A stretch of DNA of 62,991 nucleotides, counting the filler, from Nemertoderma westbladi (lineage: Eukaryota; Animalia; Xenacoelomorpha): the NCBI GenBank assembly GCA_032718475.1. It is 3 parts of 3 records of this genome, joined end to end, with 100 filler letters (N's around TTAATTAATTAA, not from the genome) between each part and the next. Parts side by side here need not be neighbours in the genome. Positions count along the whole stretch, not along the records: positions 1 to 19,032 come from JAUCBJ010003529.1; positions 19,133 to 40,633 come from JAUCBJ010008075.1; 1 more part is not named here. The stretch is one strand, 5' to 3'. This document shows positions 11,615-24,833 of the stretch, in pieces. The translations under genes were made by a program, and so were the position numbers. The notes under the pieces are model-generated. The model was not told where the DNA came from. It searched no databases and worked only from the letters and a program-made list of their open reading frames with translations. Numbering within the stretch: position 1 is the stretch's first letter; each line of letters begins with the position of its first letter.

Positions 11615-13830
11615 AATATAATTATTATATTATGAAAGTTACAGATAGGGGGGGGGGGGGGGGGGGGGGGGGCTGGACGCAAATCGCAAATAACAGCTGA
11701 TTACTCTCAAAAATAAAACTGTTATCTGTTCTATTTAGTTTATTGTATTGGTTAAAATAACGTGCCACTGTAACCTGCTCCTTTCCCTAAATTTAGAATT
11801 TTATATGGGATTTGCGTCCAGTCCCCCCACCCCCCTGTTTAGAAAGTTAATCATATTGTAATTAAATTATATGTAATTTGTCTACGTTCATAAAAAGTAA
11901 ACCTGTTTGTTTCTATTGTGTAATATGTATTACAGACATACCAACTTACCTCTTTGCTAACACCTACTTAATGAATTTTAATAATTGTCGTCATTATATA
12001 TTAATATATTATTATACTCCAATTATGATCTAGCGGGGTTGTGGGTTTTCTTGTGAGTTACTGAGTATCCCATATCCCATGCTTCAATAAATATACAGTA
12101 TGTAGTGGAACATCTATTTATTAATGGAAATTTATTTATTTATGGAAATTGTAAAGAAATTGGAATAATGCAAGTCAAACAAAAGGCAGAGTAGAGGAGA
12201 ATGAGGATCGAAATAGAAGTAGTGATTTTCCAGAATAATTTTACAATTAAGCTGTTTTTAATAGAAAAGTAATAAAATTAACACTGGCCTGTAGTACATT
12301 AATTGTTATGTATCGGTAACTAGAAGTCGCATGTAATTTTTAAATATATCAAATATTGTCCCACATATTAAGGTAACTAACTGATGTAAAATAAATTATA
12401 CAATTCCACTGCAAAGAAATTTAATAATTTACACTGATGTTGAAATTAGGATAGTTGTAATAATTTTAAGTGTATTTTATTTGTTTGTTTTAGTTTAAAA
12501 ACTGCAGTTAGCCTCATGTATTGTACCAGCCAAATAATAATTCGGAGTTGTGGTTTATTTATCTTTTAAAATGTCTTTGTTATTGTATAATGTTATTGTT
12601 ATTGTTTTTTTATTATTTTTGTTATTATACTGAATATAATAAATTTTAATTATTCTAAGTTAAGTATATTAAGTATATTAATTACTTATTTATTAATTTA
12701 TTTTTTTAAACATTATTTACACCTTTATTCAAGGTAAATTAATAATTAATTATTGATAATAATTAATTTATTAATCATGTTCAGTAATTTGTTTTTATTT
12801 TTTTCGGAGTTTAGTAATATAAAATGTTTTATTTAGCTTTTCCCTTCAATTTGACACAAAATATACCGCCAAACGCACATCCGGTCTACCCATTAAATCA
12901 GATGATGGCACATGGTGAGGTGACCAACTACAACGGTTTGCGTGACAAGTGGGAAGCTTTTTTATTGTGATGAGAGGGACACAAAAACTGAGTCCGCATA
13001 AAAATATTATGACCTTATATATAACTAGAAAGCCAGCAAGCTGGCTATAAGAAGACCGTCTATAAGACAACAAAACCGAAAAACTAAATGATAATCTAAT
13101 CCCCATTCAAATATCAATCGCAATCAATATGTAAACCCCTCCCACCCTCCATGCAGCCTTGGAGAAAGCAGAATTAATGCCATGACCAGTTCGGAGTTCT
13201 CAATAGACAACCCACCCCAACCATTGGATTTACTGAGACACACCGGCCAGCTTGCTACCTGTCTTCCCAGCTAGCCAGAGTTAAATAATTATACAACGTT
13301 GCTATGATACAGAGAAAATCCTTCCCCATTCACTACCATAGGGAAAGTTGAGGCTGCGCGAGGGAATATTACATATTTATACACTATTTTATTTTTAATC
13401 AATAAATAATCATACATCTTTATATTAAACACTCGAATATAATAAAAACTTTGTGAGAATGGGACACGGCGAATCGACCTGCGCTATTTTTATACAGCAA
13501 GAGCTTAATTTTACCCGCTTAAATAATTTAATAACCGAAATAAGAACCCAAATAATCGATACATTTCTTTCTATAGTTGACCACTAAGTAGAGCGCCTCT
13601 TCCAAGCCAATATCAATGTGCACAAACAAACATACATACAGACAAACACAAACAAACATTTTTTTGACAGCAGGGAGCCCTGACGGTGTTCTAATTATTC
13701 AATACATAAAAAGATGAATAAGTATTAATTAAATTCACTAAATAATACTGGTTTACGATTTAGTCTTTTTCCTCGGTCAATTATTACAAGTCGCGAAAAT
13801 TGGTAAAAGTAGAAATTTCTTTATCATATT

Positions 13831-14145
13831 CAGCACACTATCGGCGCAGTGTTAGCACAGTGCCGGTGCAGTGATAGCACACTATCGGCGCAGTGTCAGC
13901 ACAGTGCCGGTGCAGTGATAGCACACTATCGGCGCAGTGTCAGCACAGTGCCGGTGCAGTGATAGCACACTATCGGCGCAGTGTCAGCACAGTGCCGGTG
14001 CAGTGGTAGCACACTATCGGCGCAGTGTTAGCACACTGTCAGCGCAGTGTCAGCACAGAGTCGGCGCAGTGTTAGCACACTGTCGGCTTACTGAAGGGCT
14101 GTCGGCGCAGTTTCGGCACACTGCAGTCGGCGCAGTGTCAGCACA
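13831..14145. repeat. 44-bp tandem repeat (22/11-bp substructure), decaying at the 3' end
   Basis: AGCACACTATCGGCGCAGTGTCAGCACAGTGCCGGTGCAGTGAT repeated. Confidence 0.88.
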
Positions 14146-14239
14146 ACATTCACAGCCGATATTTTTGACCGGGATCCCGTTACTGATACGTGATGTAATC
14201 TTTGTGCAAAGATACAGTTTGTCCCGATGGTATATTGGT

Positions 14240-15322
14240 GGTGTTCGGACACTTCCCCCCCGGACACTTCCCCCCCGGACAGTTCCCCCCCGCTCAAGTA
14301 GGACACTTCCCCCCCGGACACTTCCCCCCCAGACACTTCCCCCCCGCGGACACTTCCCCCCCGACTGTTCTTAACTTCGCACATTCTTATTTTTCATTTT
14401 GTAAGGTAAACGGACCGCTTGTATCCAGATAAGTTGTATCCAATTTTCCTTTCGTAGCTCAGAAAGTGATCTTTTGCATCCCGATTTTACATTTTATATC
14501 CAAGTTTTATTTATGGGTTTTATCAATGCAATTACATCGTATTGTTTGCTAATCTTTAAACTTAATTATATTAGATGACCTATAAATTCCATCCCCGGAA
14601 TGATATACTGTTTTTATTAACTATAGAATTATAATAATTAATTGTTTTAATTATAGGTATTATTATGTAATAGTCTTCTTCAAATTGTAGCAGATGGGGA
14701 TGAATATTATTGTTGCAATCAAAATTATACCTCTCCAGGGTAAAATCGACATGCGTCGACCTGTATTCTGTGTTCAGCATTACATATTGATAAATTAATT
14801 AAATTTCCTGGTTACTTGCAATATTTTTAATAGGATTTTGTTGAATTATATAATATTGTAGTAATTTATATATTAATTTGGTTAACATTCAATACAGCTC
14901 CTACTTTAGGCTTAGTCAATTTATTATCTGATGATACAAACATGAATTAATTATTTCAAAATGGTCTTAAGTCTTTCACCACGGGCACACAGGGAAATGC
15001 CGGGGTTTGGGGCGGCAGCCCCCAAAAAGCGGGGGTTTGGGGGCGGCAGCCCCCAACTAAAAGAAAAACAAACAAAATTTGACTATAAAAATGTTTCTTT
15101 TATAATTTTGAAAAAACTTGTCTAGATACAACTTGTCCTGTAACCATCTTTAACTTTTGTTTATTGCTTTGATGCACCCAGATTAATTTTAACACTTTAA
15201 CTGGGGGGGAAGTGTCCGGGGGGCAAGTGTCCGGGGGGGAAGTGTCCGGGGGGGAAGTGTCCTACTTGGGCGGGGGGGAAGTGTCCGGGGGGAAGTGTCC
15301 GGGGGGGAAGTGTCCTAGATCC
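14240..15322. mobile_element. Non-autonomous foldback/MULE-like DNA transposon with arrayed subterminal repeats
   Basis: GG...CC termini; (GGACACTTCCCCCCC)n at left and its inverse at right; exact 8-bp TSD ATATTGGT at 14232-14239 and 15323-15330. Confidence 0.85.
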
Positions 15323-16046
15323 ATATTGGTATACTTAGTATTACTCTGCCAAGTTGAATTTAATAAGAGGAAATTAATTTATGGATAATCTTGATCAGAC
15401 ACTTTATCTTTGCTATTGAATAACATTGTTAATCCGCCAAGATGGGATGTGTGTCAAATACTCTTCATTAAGGCTATAGCCATTGTATGCTACTGTAAGT
15501 ATGGGGCGAGCTTAACATGCTGAATGCTGGTATCGCTATTTCAGCCGTTGTCTGTCTGTTGGTTTATCTGTCTGTCTGTCGGCAAATATTTGAAGGCTAA
15601 TTGCTAATAACTTAAGTCAACCTTTCATTAAATTCAACCAAATTTGGTACACATGTAGTCTGTCGAAAGTCTGAAATATAATTTGGTTGGGAGGACACCA
15701 GTCTCCCGCTAGAGTGCGACTAGTCATGATATCCTTACTTTGTCTTTCGCGAAGACCTCCACCGAACAGTTGTTGAAGTTATTGCTATTAATTGCATAAA
15801 ACGGATGAATTTCATCATATTCCTAACCATTACAATATTAAAATGATTAAGTATGAGGTTGACACAATATAATAAAATTACGTAGAACATTGTGTGAAAC
15901 TATTCAGCGTTTAGGACTTATTTTTATTTATGTTAACCTCCCTCGCTGCGATCGCTCGTTACATACAATTACAATAACTCTGTAAAGTGCTACTTTTCAC
16001 ACAATTATTTAAATAGTGCCCGCGGGCAGTAAAGTCCAGAGACATT

Positions 16047-18517
16047 CAAGGGCGCAGCCATGTTCCCAAAAGTGCGGGGGACGATAAAATAATTTTAGGT
16101 CCGGCATCACCCCCCCCCCCCCCCCATTTTTTCTACAAATCTTAATGAGATTGCATGAAATTTGAAACCTTGGATAGTTCCACCTCCCTCCTCCTTGCTG
16201 GGTGAGCCAGAATTTTTATTTTCGCTTTCGTTCTTTAGCTACAAGCGTTTGAAAAAGGTGTTTAAAAGATATAAATAAGCGCTATACAACTCTACAGTTC
16301 TACAACTCTATATGATTGCTCTATATGCTCTATATCTACAACTCTATATGATATTGATTACAGTTCTACTGTAATCAATGGCCCCGCAAGAGGGCCTGGA
16401 CTCATGGCTGTGCCAGTCCTTTAGTAGAGTGTTGTCCTTGGTGCTATATACTATATAATACTTAATATTGTATTAAGAAATTAAAAAATCAAAATTCTTC
16501 CGATATACAACTACAATAAAATTTCGACCGAAAAGTGAAAACCTGGTATTATTCACTACTACTACTACCAGGATCGGCATGCTGCATTGCAGCTGCATTT
16601 TTAAGAATGCTGTGCCGGCTTATCGACAAAATTGCACCGCCACAACTCCCTATCACTATCACTAGATCATCCGCATCTTCAAGGCCAGTGTCCTTTAAGA
16701 TGCGTCTCAGGAAAGTCATGGGCTGTCCACCATGCTTATTCACTCCATGAGGCTGCCAAAGTACAAGATTATGCACTGGCTAGTCCTCACGGCGAAAGCA
16801 ATGTCCTGCAAAGCGGAGGCGATTTTGTACTAGTGTCAAGCTTGGGGGAACCAATGAGACACCTCCAATGTTATATAGTGTCTGATTGGAGATGTGTGCA
16901 TTGTACTTGACACAATGAACCCGGCGTAGCATTCTTGTGAATGTGCCATCCAGAGATTTTGTGTCCTCAGCAGTTAGAGCCCAGCATGGACTCCCATAGA
17001 GGTGTACTGGAACTACTGCTGCTCCAAATAATCGGACCTTAAGTTTCCGATTAATTCTCGGTGACTTCCAAATCCTGGAAAGCCTATTCAAGGCTGCCCA
17101 TGCCTTTCCCTTACGTATTCGAAGGTCCTCACCTGACTTCCGGATCCTTGATTCCAGGTAACAGAAGTCATCCACATGCTCAAGCATAACATCTTTTGAG
17201 CTTATGCTCATCCGATCAGAGACTTGCTGAGGACTTTCAAAGTTAACTGTTAAAATTGTGGTCTTTCTGGAGTTAATAAAAAGACCAACACTAGAAGCAG
17301 CATGTTCTAATGAGCTGAGGAGCCGTTGGGCTCCCTCTAATAATTCTGAGAGTACTCCTAAGTCATCAGCAAAGTCTAGATCAGTTAGGTACTTGGTAGG
17401 ATTTCCTCGACTTCTGGAGCCAGTAGGTAGAGTTATCATCACCCCATCATCATTATGATGATCTAAGGACATGCGTAGAATATAGTCAACCACAATTATG
17501 AACAAGAATGGTGCAAGTGTGTCTCCCTGGAGGACGCCCCATAACACTTCAAATGTTGAAAACCTGGTATTATTCACATGGGCGTTTGAACCAATTACAG
17601 CTCAATTATTCTTCAACCTTAAAGTGATTCGTTTGTGGAGAACGAAAGATCGCGATGATGGATTCCAAATATGTAAAAACATTTTAATTTGGTTGGGAAA
17701 ATGCTGATTTATTAGAATTGTAATGTTGCATGTATTTGCTTCGGTTCCGCTGCAGGCAATTTATTCCAATTAATAAATTCACAATATTCTGGAACATTTG
17801 TTTATGTATGAATGGCTGCATTATAGTATTATTATATACAGTAGGTATTGTATTGTTGCCAAGCTACTTATAAGTTACAAATTACAATGTAGAATAAATG
17901 GAATCCATCACAGCTCAACTCAAAATATGTAACTTTCAACGCCCATTATACTGCCATATCTCAGATATTCCTTTTGAAAAATTCTGAATTTATTACATAT
18001 TTAGTTTCCCTGCAACAACGTCATCTTCCATTGGTTACCAACGAACCCTCTATAAGATTAAAATGTCGACTGAGATACCTATATAAAGCAGGTAAGGATT
18101 GAAAGCGAAGGCGGGTTGATATCTCGACACGGGAAATTAACAAAAAATTTAATTATCAATAAATTTGTTTTAGTTATTCTAACGAAAACAATATATGACG
18201 AAATTTTGCGGGATATGAAAATACACCTTATATTATCAGACTTATATTGTCAGTGCAAAAACAGTTCATGGTGTTTGGAAATATGGGACAGGGTTGGGAG
18301 GGATTGAAATGTACGTAGGAGTTAATAGTTATACTGTAATACCCGATCAGAGTTTGTTACGATTATTTGAATTTTAAATTGTATATACAAAGTGTAAAAA
18401 GTGCCGGGGACATATGATATTGTGTCACCCCCCCCCCCCCCCCCTACCTGAAAAGTGGGAGGGACGTGTCCCCCCCCGTCCCCCCCCCCCCCCGTCCCCC
18501 CCTATGGCTGCGCCATG
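16047..18517. mobile_element. hAT-type non-autonomous element hosting a nested RTE fragment
   Basis: TIRs CAAGGGCGCAGCCAT / ATGGCTGCGCCATG; exact 8-bp TSD GAGACATT at 16039-16046 and 18518-18525. Confidence 0.85.
16557..17556 (-). mobile_element. 5'-truncated RTE-clade LINE (second family), RT C-half and (TAG)n tail
   Basis: GVLQGDTLAP, LDFADD and RLRFAGHC motifs; 21-bp TSD TGAAAACCTGGTATTATTCAC at 16536-16556 and 17557-17577. Confidence 0.92.
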
Positions 18518-19032
18518 GAGACATTATATCTACCGCGGGCAGTAATGTCTAGACCAATACCGGAAAGTCGAATTCACACACATGAATTTGACTACAATAA
18601 GCCCATCTGACTTAATATTATTTGTGTTGAAACTCCAAATATGTGCTTGTCAAGAACGATAACAACCCGTGTTCCATATTTTGACAGGTCTCTGTTCTAA
18701 ATGGTTTTTGTACCGTTAACATGCGAGATTTTTTCAATACGATTTTTATATTTTTATTTCATTCTTAAAAGATAACTTAACTAGTTTAACTTAATAAACA
18801 GCATCACGTTCTGTTTATTAAGTTAAACTAGTTAAGTTATCTATCTTATTTATTGACAGATTCGCGAGCCGCGCAGACCTAATGGATCCATTGAAATAAA
18901 ATAAAGTAATATAGAAAGAAGTATTAGTGATTGATAGGTATTTAAGGCGGGGCACCTTCACCCACCCCCTTCCCCATCCCTTTTCCAAAAACAATAATAA
19001 AAAATAAATATACTTGTATATACCCGGTCAAT

Positions 19033-19132
19033 NNNNNNNNNNNNNNNNNNNNNNNNNNNNNNNNNNNNNNNNNNNNTTAATTAATTAANNNNNNNNNNNN
19101 NNNNNNNNNNNNNNNNNNNNNNNNNNNNNNNN
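19033..19132. other. Assembly gap with artificial TTAATTAATTAA linker
   Basis: N44-TTAATTAATTAA-N44; identical design at 40634-40733. Confidence 0.95.
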
Positions 19133-19950
19133 TTTTGTGCTTTCTGCTTTTTAGCTCAACACTAGTAGGTTTAATCATAAGGACATATATCCTTTAACAA
19201 ACAAACTGCTGACCAAACGCACCTGATGACTGACTGATTGTCTTAACTCAAAACAAACTGGCACGATTGATCTGTCAATACTGTGTACTGCTATTTGTTG
19301 TCGGTTATTCATTATATTTGTTGATGAATTATTATATTGGAATAACGAGAAATAACCCCGACACCCAATATTCTTGATATACCGAAGGTAAGAGAGAAAG
19401 GTTACCAATAACGATTGTGACTTATGTTAAAGTGGTTTGAAGTGAATCTAATGTTATTTGATAGACCCTACATGAGTCAGCCTGTGTTCCTTTTATATGT
19501 GACTAAAATCAGTAAAGATTGGCAGATTAGTGTGCAGTATTGTGCAGCATTGTGTGCGAGTGAGTCTGTTAAAGAAGCATTTCCTAAAGAATGCGCCATA
19601 TATGTGAAATATAATTAAGCCATATCGTTGTGAGTAGTTTAAGTCATAACTCTGTTTATATAGATAAAGCGCCACGTCCTAAAGGAACTGTTAATATTCC
19701 CGAAGGTAAATAATATTGTCAGAGATTATATAATACTGTCAGTCGAATAATACATTAGGCTTACATAGCAATAAAATTAAACCGTCGAATCCAATCTCCC
19801 GGGAATATCCAGCGGGTGAATGGTCGCGCACGGATTGGTTTCGACTAGTGTAGTGAATCAAATACTTGTCATAGGCTAAAAAGCGATTTAATATCTAGAA
19901 GACATCTTAATTTGGCGGGTTAAACTGCCAAAGGTCTAAAAGCGCGAACA
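19133..19950 (+). mobile_element. LTR-like element, copy A (5' end lost in gap)
   Basis: Colinear with 32453-33615 and 39059-40323; ends AAAGCGCGAACA. Confidence 0.75.
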
Positions 19951-20014
19951 ACTTTCGATCAAAAATTTTGATCAACACATTCAATGAAATTTTAGAAATT
20001 CCACCAAAAATATT

Positions 20015-20281
20015 TTGGCACTTGTGTCAAATCAAATAGGTGACCCTCCTAATCCTAATCTGCTAATCCTGAAACCACCAGCTAATCCTGAAATGTAGTG
20101 CAGGTGATATCAATATTCCTAACTCTTGTATATTGTTTTTTGGTTACTTTCAACTCACTTCTGTAACCTGTTCCTTTGCTAACCCTGTAACCGGGCACTA
20201 GTGAAAGTGACTTTAGTTTAGGTGATTTCAGGATTAGCAGATTAGGAGCTAGGAGGGTCCCCTATTTTACACAAGTGCCAA
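20015..20281. mobile_element. MITE-like inverted-repeat element
   Basis: TTGGCACTTGTGT...CCTAATCTGCTAATCCTGAAA pairs with TTTCAGGATTAGCAGATTAGG...ACACAAGTGCCAA. Confidence 0.7.
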
Positions 20282-20950
20282 TGTTTTATTTTACTTTTTT
20301 TACCGGGAGAAAAAGTAAAATCAATGCAAAATTATGGCTCTATGGTACATTATTATGTGGCAATATTATTCAATATTATTGCAGGTTGTTGTGTTGCCGA
20401 CTTTGCAAAAGCTGTGCCCAACAAAAAGTTACAATATTCAGATATTATCTGATTATGGGGACAACTTTTTCCCTACCAGTAGGATAAAAAAGTAGGCCTA
20501 CTACTTTTTCTCCCGATTTTATGGCATATTCAAGCAAAAAAGTAACAATATAAAAATATAAGTTCTTTAAGCTCTGTACTTCGTTTTATATGTCTACCAT
20601 CTGATCATACCACCCCACTGCACCCCTACCGCCCTACCAGTAGCCTTTTAAGTATAAGCCTTTTAAACTAATACTGTATATGTTTTAAATATTATATTTC
20701 ACAACACTCAGACACTAGGCCTACATCAGTTTATTTTTTTACCTTTGCAATACAGTAACAAGCTAACAACTACTGAACAAGGCCAACTATGACTTCTGTC
20801 TGTATCTGACTATGCTGCTATGAAATTCAAATTTGGGGTAAAAGTCCAATTTAGAGAATTAACCTAACCTTGTATTAAATTTGAGGTAATTCCAAAATTG
20901 GGTCTATAATTTGAAATTTGAGGTATTCTCAAATTTGATGATCTCCCTGA

Positions 20951-23209
20951 CTGCAATGTGGGTGACTATGATAGTTTTCAGCACTATTTTAAATGACTCT
21001 CCATAAGTACAGTTAATGATAATGTAAAAGTACTCTGGTCATAACATTCAGCCTTCCATACATACTAATTGCCATTGACATTTCAAATTTTGAAATGTCA
21101 ATGGCAATTTTTTTTGGCATAAAAAATTATCATAGTCACCCGACCTTGCGGGTGACTATGATAATAATATATAAATGCATATTTAAAATATAGTATGCCT
21201 CAGTAAAGGTTGACTATGATATTATTTTCAGATTTTAAAAAAATCTTTGTAAATTCCCACTCACTGTGGGATTAATTAAATATATACAGTTAGTACTACT
21301 GGTACATCATATAATGTATTGCATAGACAGATAGTGTATTGCATGGCAGCATGGGGCTTGGGATTATATTGCACAGTTGGAAAATGCAATTGCATAGCTA
21401 GATATAGCACAAAAATAATGTACAGTAAAACCGTATGAAAGTTAAAAACGAATTAATCACATCCACAGTAATCAGTGGCATCAACAGACAATCCAACTGT
21501 GGCTTCCAGACACAGCTTGTGATACCACTTCTCGCAGTTATCACAGCCAACCCAAAAAACTTTCCGATTACGAGATGTTGTTAACGAGGACGGCAGAGAT
21601 GACTGTTGGCAGATCTGGCAATCTTCACTTTCTTCACTGTTTCCAGATATATCACTAACAGTAACCGCCTTACCAGGCGTGACCTTCGGGCCTCTTTTCT
21701 TTGATGCCACTTCAACTGGGCGAACATGATCCCGCAGTAGATCGGCAACAGTGTCGCCAAACGCCTCTCTCACGGATGGTTCGTCTTGTGGTGCCTGGGG
21801 GGAAATTCGCTTTAGAACTTGGGAGTTGTCCCTTGGATAAATCCCAGCTCCCTTGAATCCTGCTGTCAGGTTCTTTCCATGTTCCTCCATGTTGGTATGC
21901 AGCCTTTTTAATAGTGATGGCATAATTGACTTTGGTACCGGTATAGCTTGCTGGATCCGTGTTTCCTTCCTCCAATTTCCCAATATCTTCCTCCAGACAC
22001 GCTTTGCAGGTCCAAATACGGCCACATCTAGTGGTTGGAGAAGGTGGCTCGCATTAGGAACAAAGGATATGAACGTGATATTATTTTCTTCACAAGCTTC
22101 TAAAACCCTCACACTGAAGTGACTTGCAAGGTTGTCACCCAATAGAACTTTCTTCCCTGCTGTTTTCTTCGCATGTGGCAGGAATGCTTCGAAAAACCAC
22201 AGTTCAAACAACTCTCCATTGAACCATCCTGACTTTGAGTTCCCATATACAGTTTCTGCTGGACCATGCAAGGTCCATTCATTGTACAGGTGTTCGGATT
22301 TAAACACAATCATTGGCGGAACATATTCACCTTTTGCATTGCCGCAAAACATTAGACTTGTGGATGATTTTGAGTGGGCCATTTTCGACTCCACTCTCCT
22401 CAGCCCACGGCGAACTATGGTAGCTTTAGAACCAGGGTTATCTGCTATATTTGTTTCGTCGTAGTTGAAGATACATTCAGGTGGTGTATCGGAAGGAACA
22501 GTGTTGTCATAGTGCATGAAGAAGTCGTCGATGTCCTTGGCTGATATGTTGGCCCTAGAAGGCTTCACATTGGCGCAAATACGTTGGGTTAGGTTGTGTC
22601 GTTTAATAAACATGCTCATCCAATCTTTCCCGAGAATGTTTTCAGTAAAACGCGTAGTTCTCCCTTGTCTGTTCAAGTAGCTTTGGACCATGACACGGAT
22701 GTCGAATGGGGTCATTGATAATCATTAAGATGGTTCTTTCTTCTAAATTCGTTAGAACGCGCTGCCCCCCATGCTTCCGTGCAGCAGTGGCACTGTAAGT
22801 CGGTCGACTTTTTTTATATAGCGTTCCATATGGGATCTTAAATCTTTTTGAAGCTTCTAAGACATTTAACTTCCCTGTGATAACCAAGGTAATAGCGCTA
22901 ATCAGACTTTCTTTGGAATATCCAGTGCAGTAATGTCGACTACCTGGTTTGCGATTATATTTCCCCATAACGGTATAACATTAGCGATTACCGGTAGCTA
23001 TTAACTAATATATTAAAAAACACAAACAGCTAGTCAAAAGCATCAAAACATGGCCTAAAGTGCTACAATACCTAATGTACCAGTATTTCTTTCCGGCACT
23101 GCTGTATAGTATGAATGCTGGATTCATAAAACAGTAATCGGGATAATTATCATAGTCAACCAAAAAATATCATAGTCACCCCCACTATCAAAGTCACCCG
23201 CACTGACGG
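20951..23209 (-). mobile_element. pogo-type (Tc1/mariner superfamily) DNA transposon
   Basis: Imperfect TIRs (CTGCAATGTGGGTGACTATGATAG / CTATCAAAGTCACCCGCACTGACGG); TA follows the right end; internal TCATAGTCACC repeats; transposase inside. Confidence 0.85.
21453..22968 (-). pseudogene. pogo/DDE_1 transposase: psq-type HTH, CENP-B-type HTH, DDD core, C-terminal PHD-like finger; one frameshift near 22720
   Basis: IPYGTL HTH; FNYDET, LLGDN and LLQPLD catalytic motifs; CxxC...WVGCDNCEKWYHKLC; split into ORFs 22642-22968 and 21453-22715. Confidence 0.88.
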
Positions 23210-23802
23210 TACTTCTTACCGGTACCGTATCTCGGTCCTACCATTTGGAATACTATTGACTATCCCACCTACTATTAAATTATCCACAACAGCACTAAGC
23301 ACGCTAAGACTAAACAATGTTTTACCAAAAAGGAAACTACAAACGAAAAGTATCTACTCCAGTCCAGTACTCTCGCCTCGCATCTATAGTATAACTGTAT
23401 AATGATACCGTATACAGGTCAGCAGGTACCCAGTACCGGTCTGCCGGCAGGCCTATCAGCTTATATAACCCAGACTAAGACAAATCTGCAAATAAACTTA
23501 TAGAGCTGTAGAGTACCGGTGGGCCTAGAAAAATTAATAAATTAAAATATAAATACCGGTAGGCCCTAAACAGCTAAACAAAAGATAAGTATGTCAGTAT
23601 GTCATGGCTGCATGGTTAACTAGTTGTTTTTGAAGCAGTATTCTGTATTCTGTTTTTTTCCGAAAATGTGCTGGAGAGTTTTTCAAGATCTTCAAAAAAT
23701 CTTTCAAACGAGCCATAAATTTATCGAATTTGAGTCAAAAATGGCGGGGTACCGGTAGCTGGGTAGTATTTTGAAAAATTGATTAGAACCCCATGAAGGA
23801 CC

Positions 23803-24171
23803 CATGAAGTCATGCACAAAAATCCACGCAGTCATGCACAAAAATCCATGCAGTCATGCACAAAAATCAATGCACTCAGGCGCAAAAATCCATGAAGTCA
23901 TGCACAAAAATTCACGCAGTCATGCACCAAAATCCATGCAGTCATGCACAAAAATCAATGCACTCATGCACAAAAATCCATGAAGTCATGCACAAAAATC
24001 CACGCAGTCATGCACAAAAATCCATGCAGTCATGCACAAAAATCAATGCACTCAGGCGCAAAAATCCATGAAGTCATGCACAAAAATCCACGCAGTCATG
24101 CACAAAAATCCATGCAGTCATGCACAAAAATCCACGCAGTCATGCACAAAAATCCATGCAGTCATGCACAA
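23803..24171. repeat. 22-bp minisatellite (ATGCACAAAAATCCAYGCAGTC)
   Basis: About 17 tandem units. Confidence 0.93.
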
Positions 24172-24302
24172 AGTCGAGTTATGTTGGTTGGTGTTATAAG
24201 CCGCGATTCTAATTAAACCAATTTAATCTCACAAACTTTAAATCTTTTATACTCGCTTCATATTGTGTTGCGTGTTAAATAATATTTATCGATTCTTTAC
24301 AG

Positions 24303-24732
24303 GGACTCAGTTAAATGGAGTCAGCACCCTACGTCTGCAGCACACCTGTCAGCCAATGGTGACGTGAGAGAGGGTCTCCTAGGTAACGAGGTTCATGTAC
24401 TTCCCGCCAAACAGGACGCAGCGCCCTCTAGCGGCAGTAAAGCGCCTTCGTTATTCCGCGTACTGGTCGCTACTCATTGGCCCTACTTCCTGATGACCAC
24501 GGCACTCAAGGTACTCCCTGACTCATTGGTGTTCGCATCTCCGCTGCTTCTCAAACAACTCATTAGATTCGTAAACGACTCCGAACGCCCCGCCTGGCAT
24601 GGTTTCGCTATCGCCTGCGCTCTGTTCCTGGCAAACTTTCTCTATTCCAATATAATAGGCCAATATTTCTTACGGTCCTTTATATTGGGGCTGCGAATGC
24701 GTACTGGTATCATTTACGCGGTATATCAGAAG
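24303..24732 (+). CDS. ABCC1: Internal coding exon of an ABCC/MRP1-like ABC transporter (end of L0 linker, start of TMD1)
   Basis: PSLFRVL...FASPLLLKQLIRFV...GLRMRTGIIYAVYQK; acceptor TTCTTTACAG before 24303 and donor AAG|GTAAAC after 24732; exact ABCC paralog uncertain. Confidence 0.85.
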
Positions 24733-24833
24733 GTAAACAATCCGACATTAATAATTATTGTACGATAATATTCATAACACCCGAGCTGGTTGAATATCTC
24801 GGTAAAAGAACAATTACATTCTACGTCTATACC

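Noticed and set aside
13937-14432. Short low-complexity ORFs (also 23856-24216 and 3566-3769)
   Set aside because: Translations of tandem repeats and microsatellites
19033-19132. TTAATTAATTAA motif centred in N runs (also 40634-40733)
   Set aside because: Artificial six-frame-stop linker; adjacency across these gaps is not guaranteed
19440-19950. Telomerase RNA or RNase P/MRP identity for the structured repeat
   Set aside because: No CUAACCCU template and no CR-I/CR-V motifs; TG...CA termini with a TSD point to an LTR
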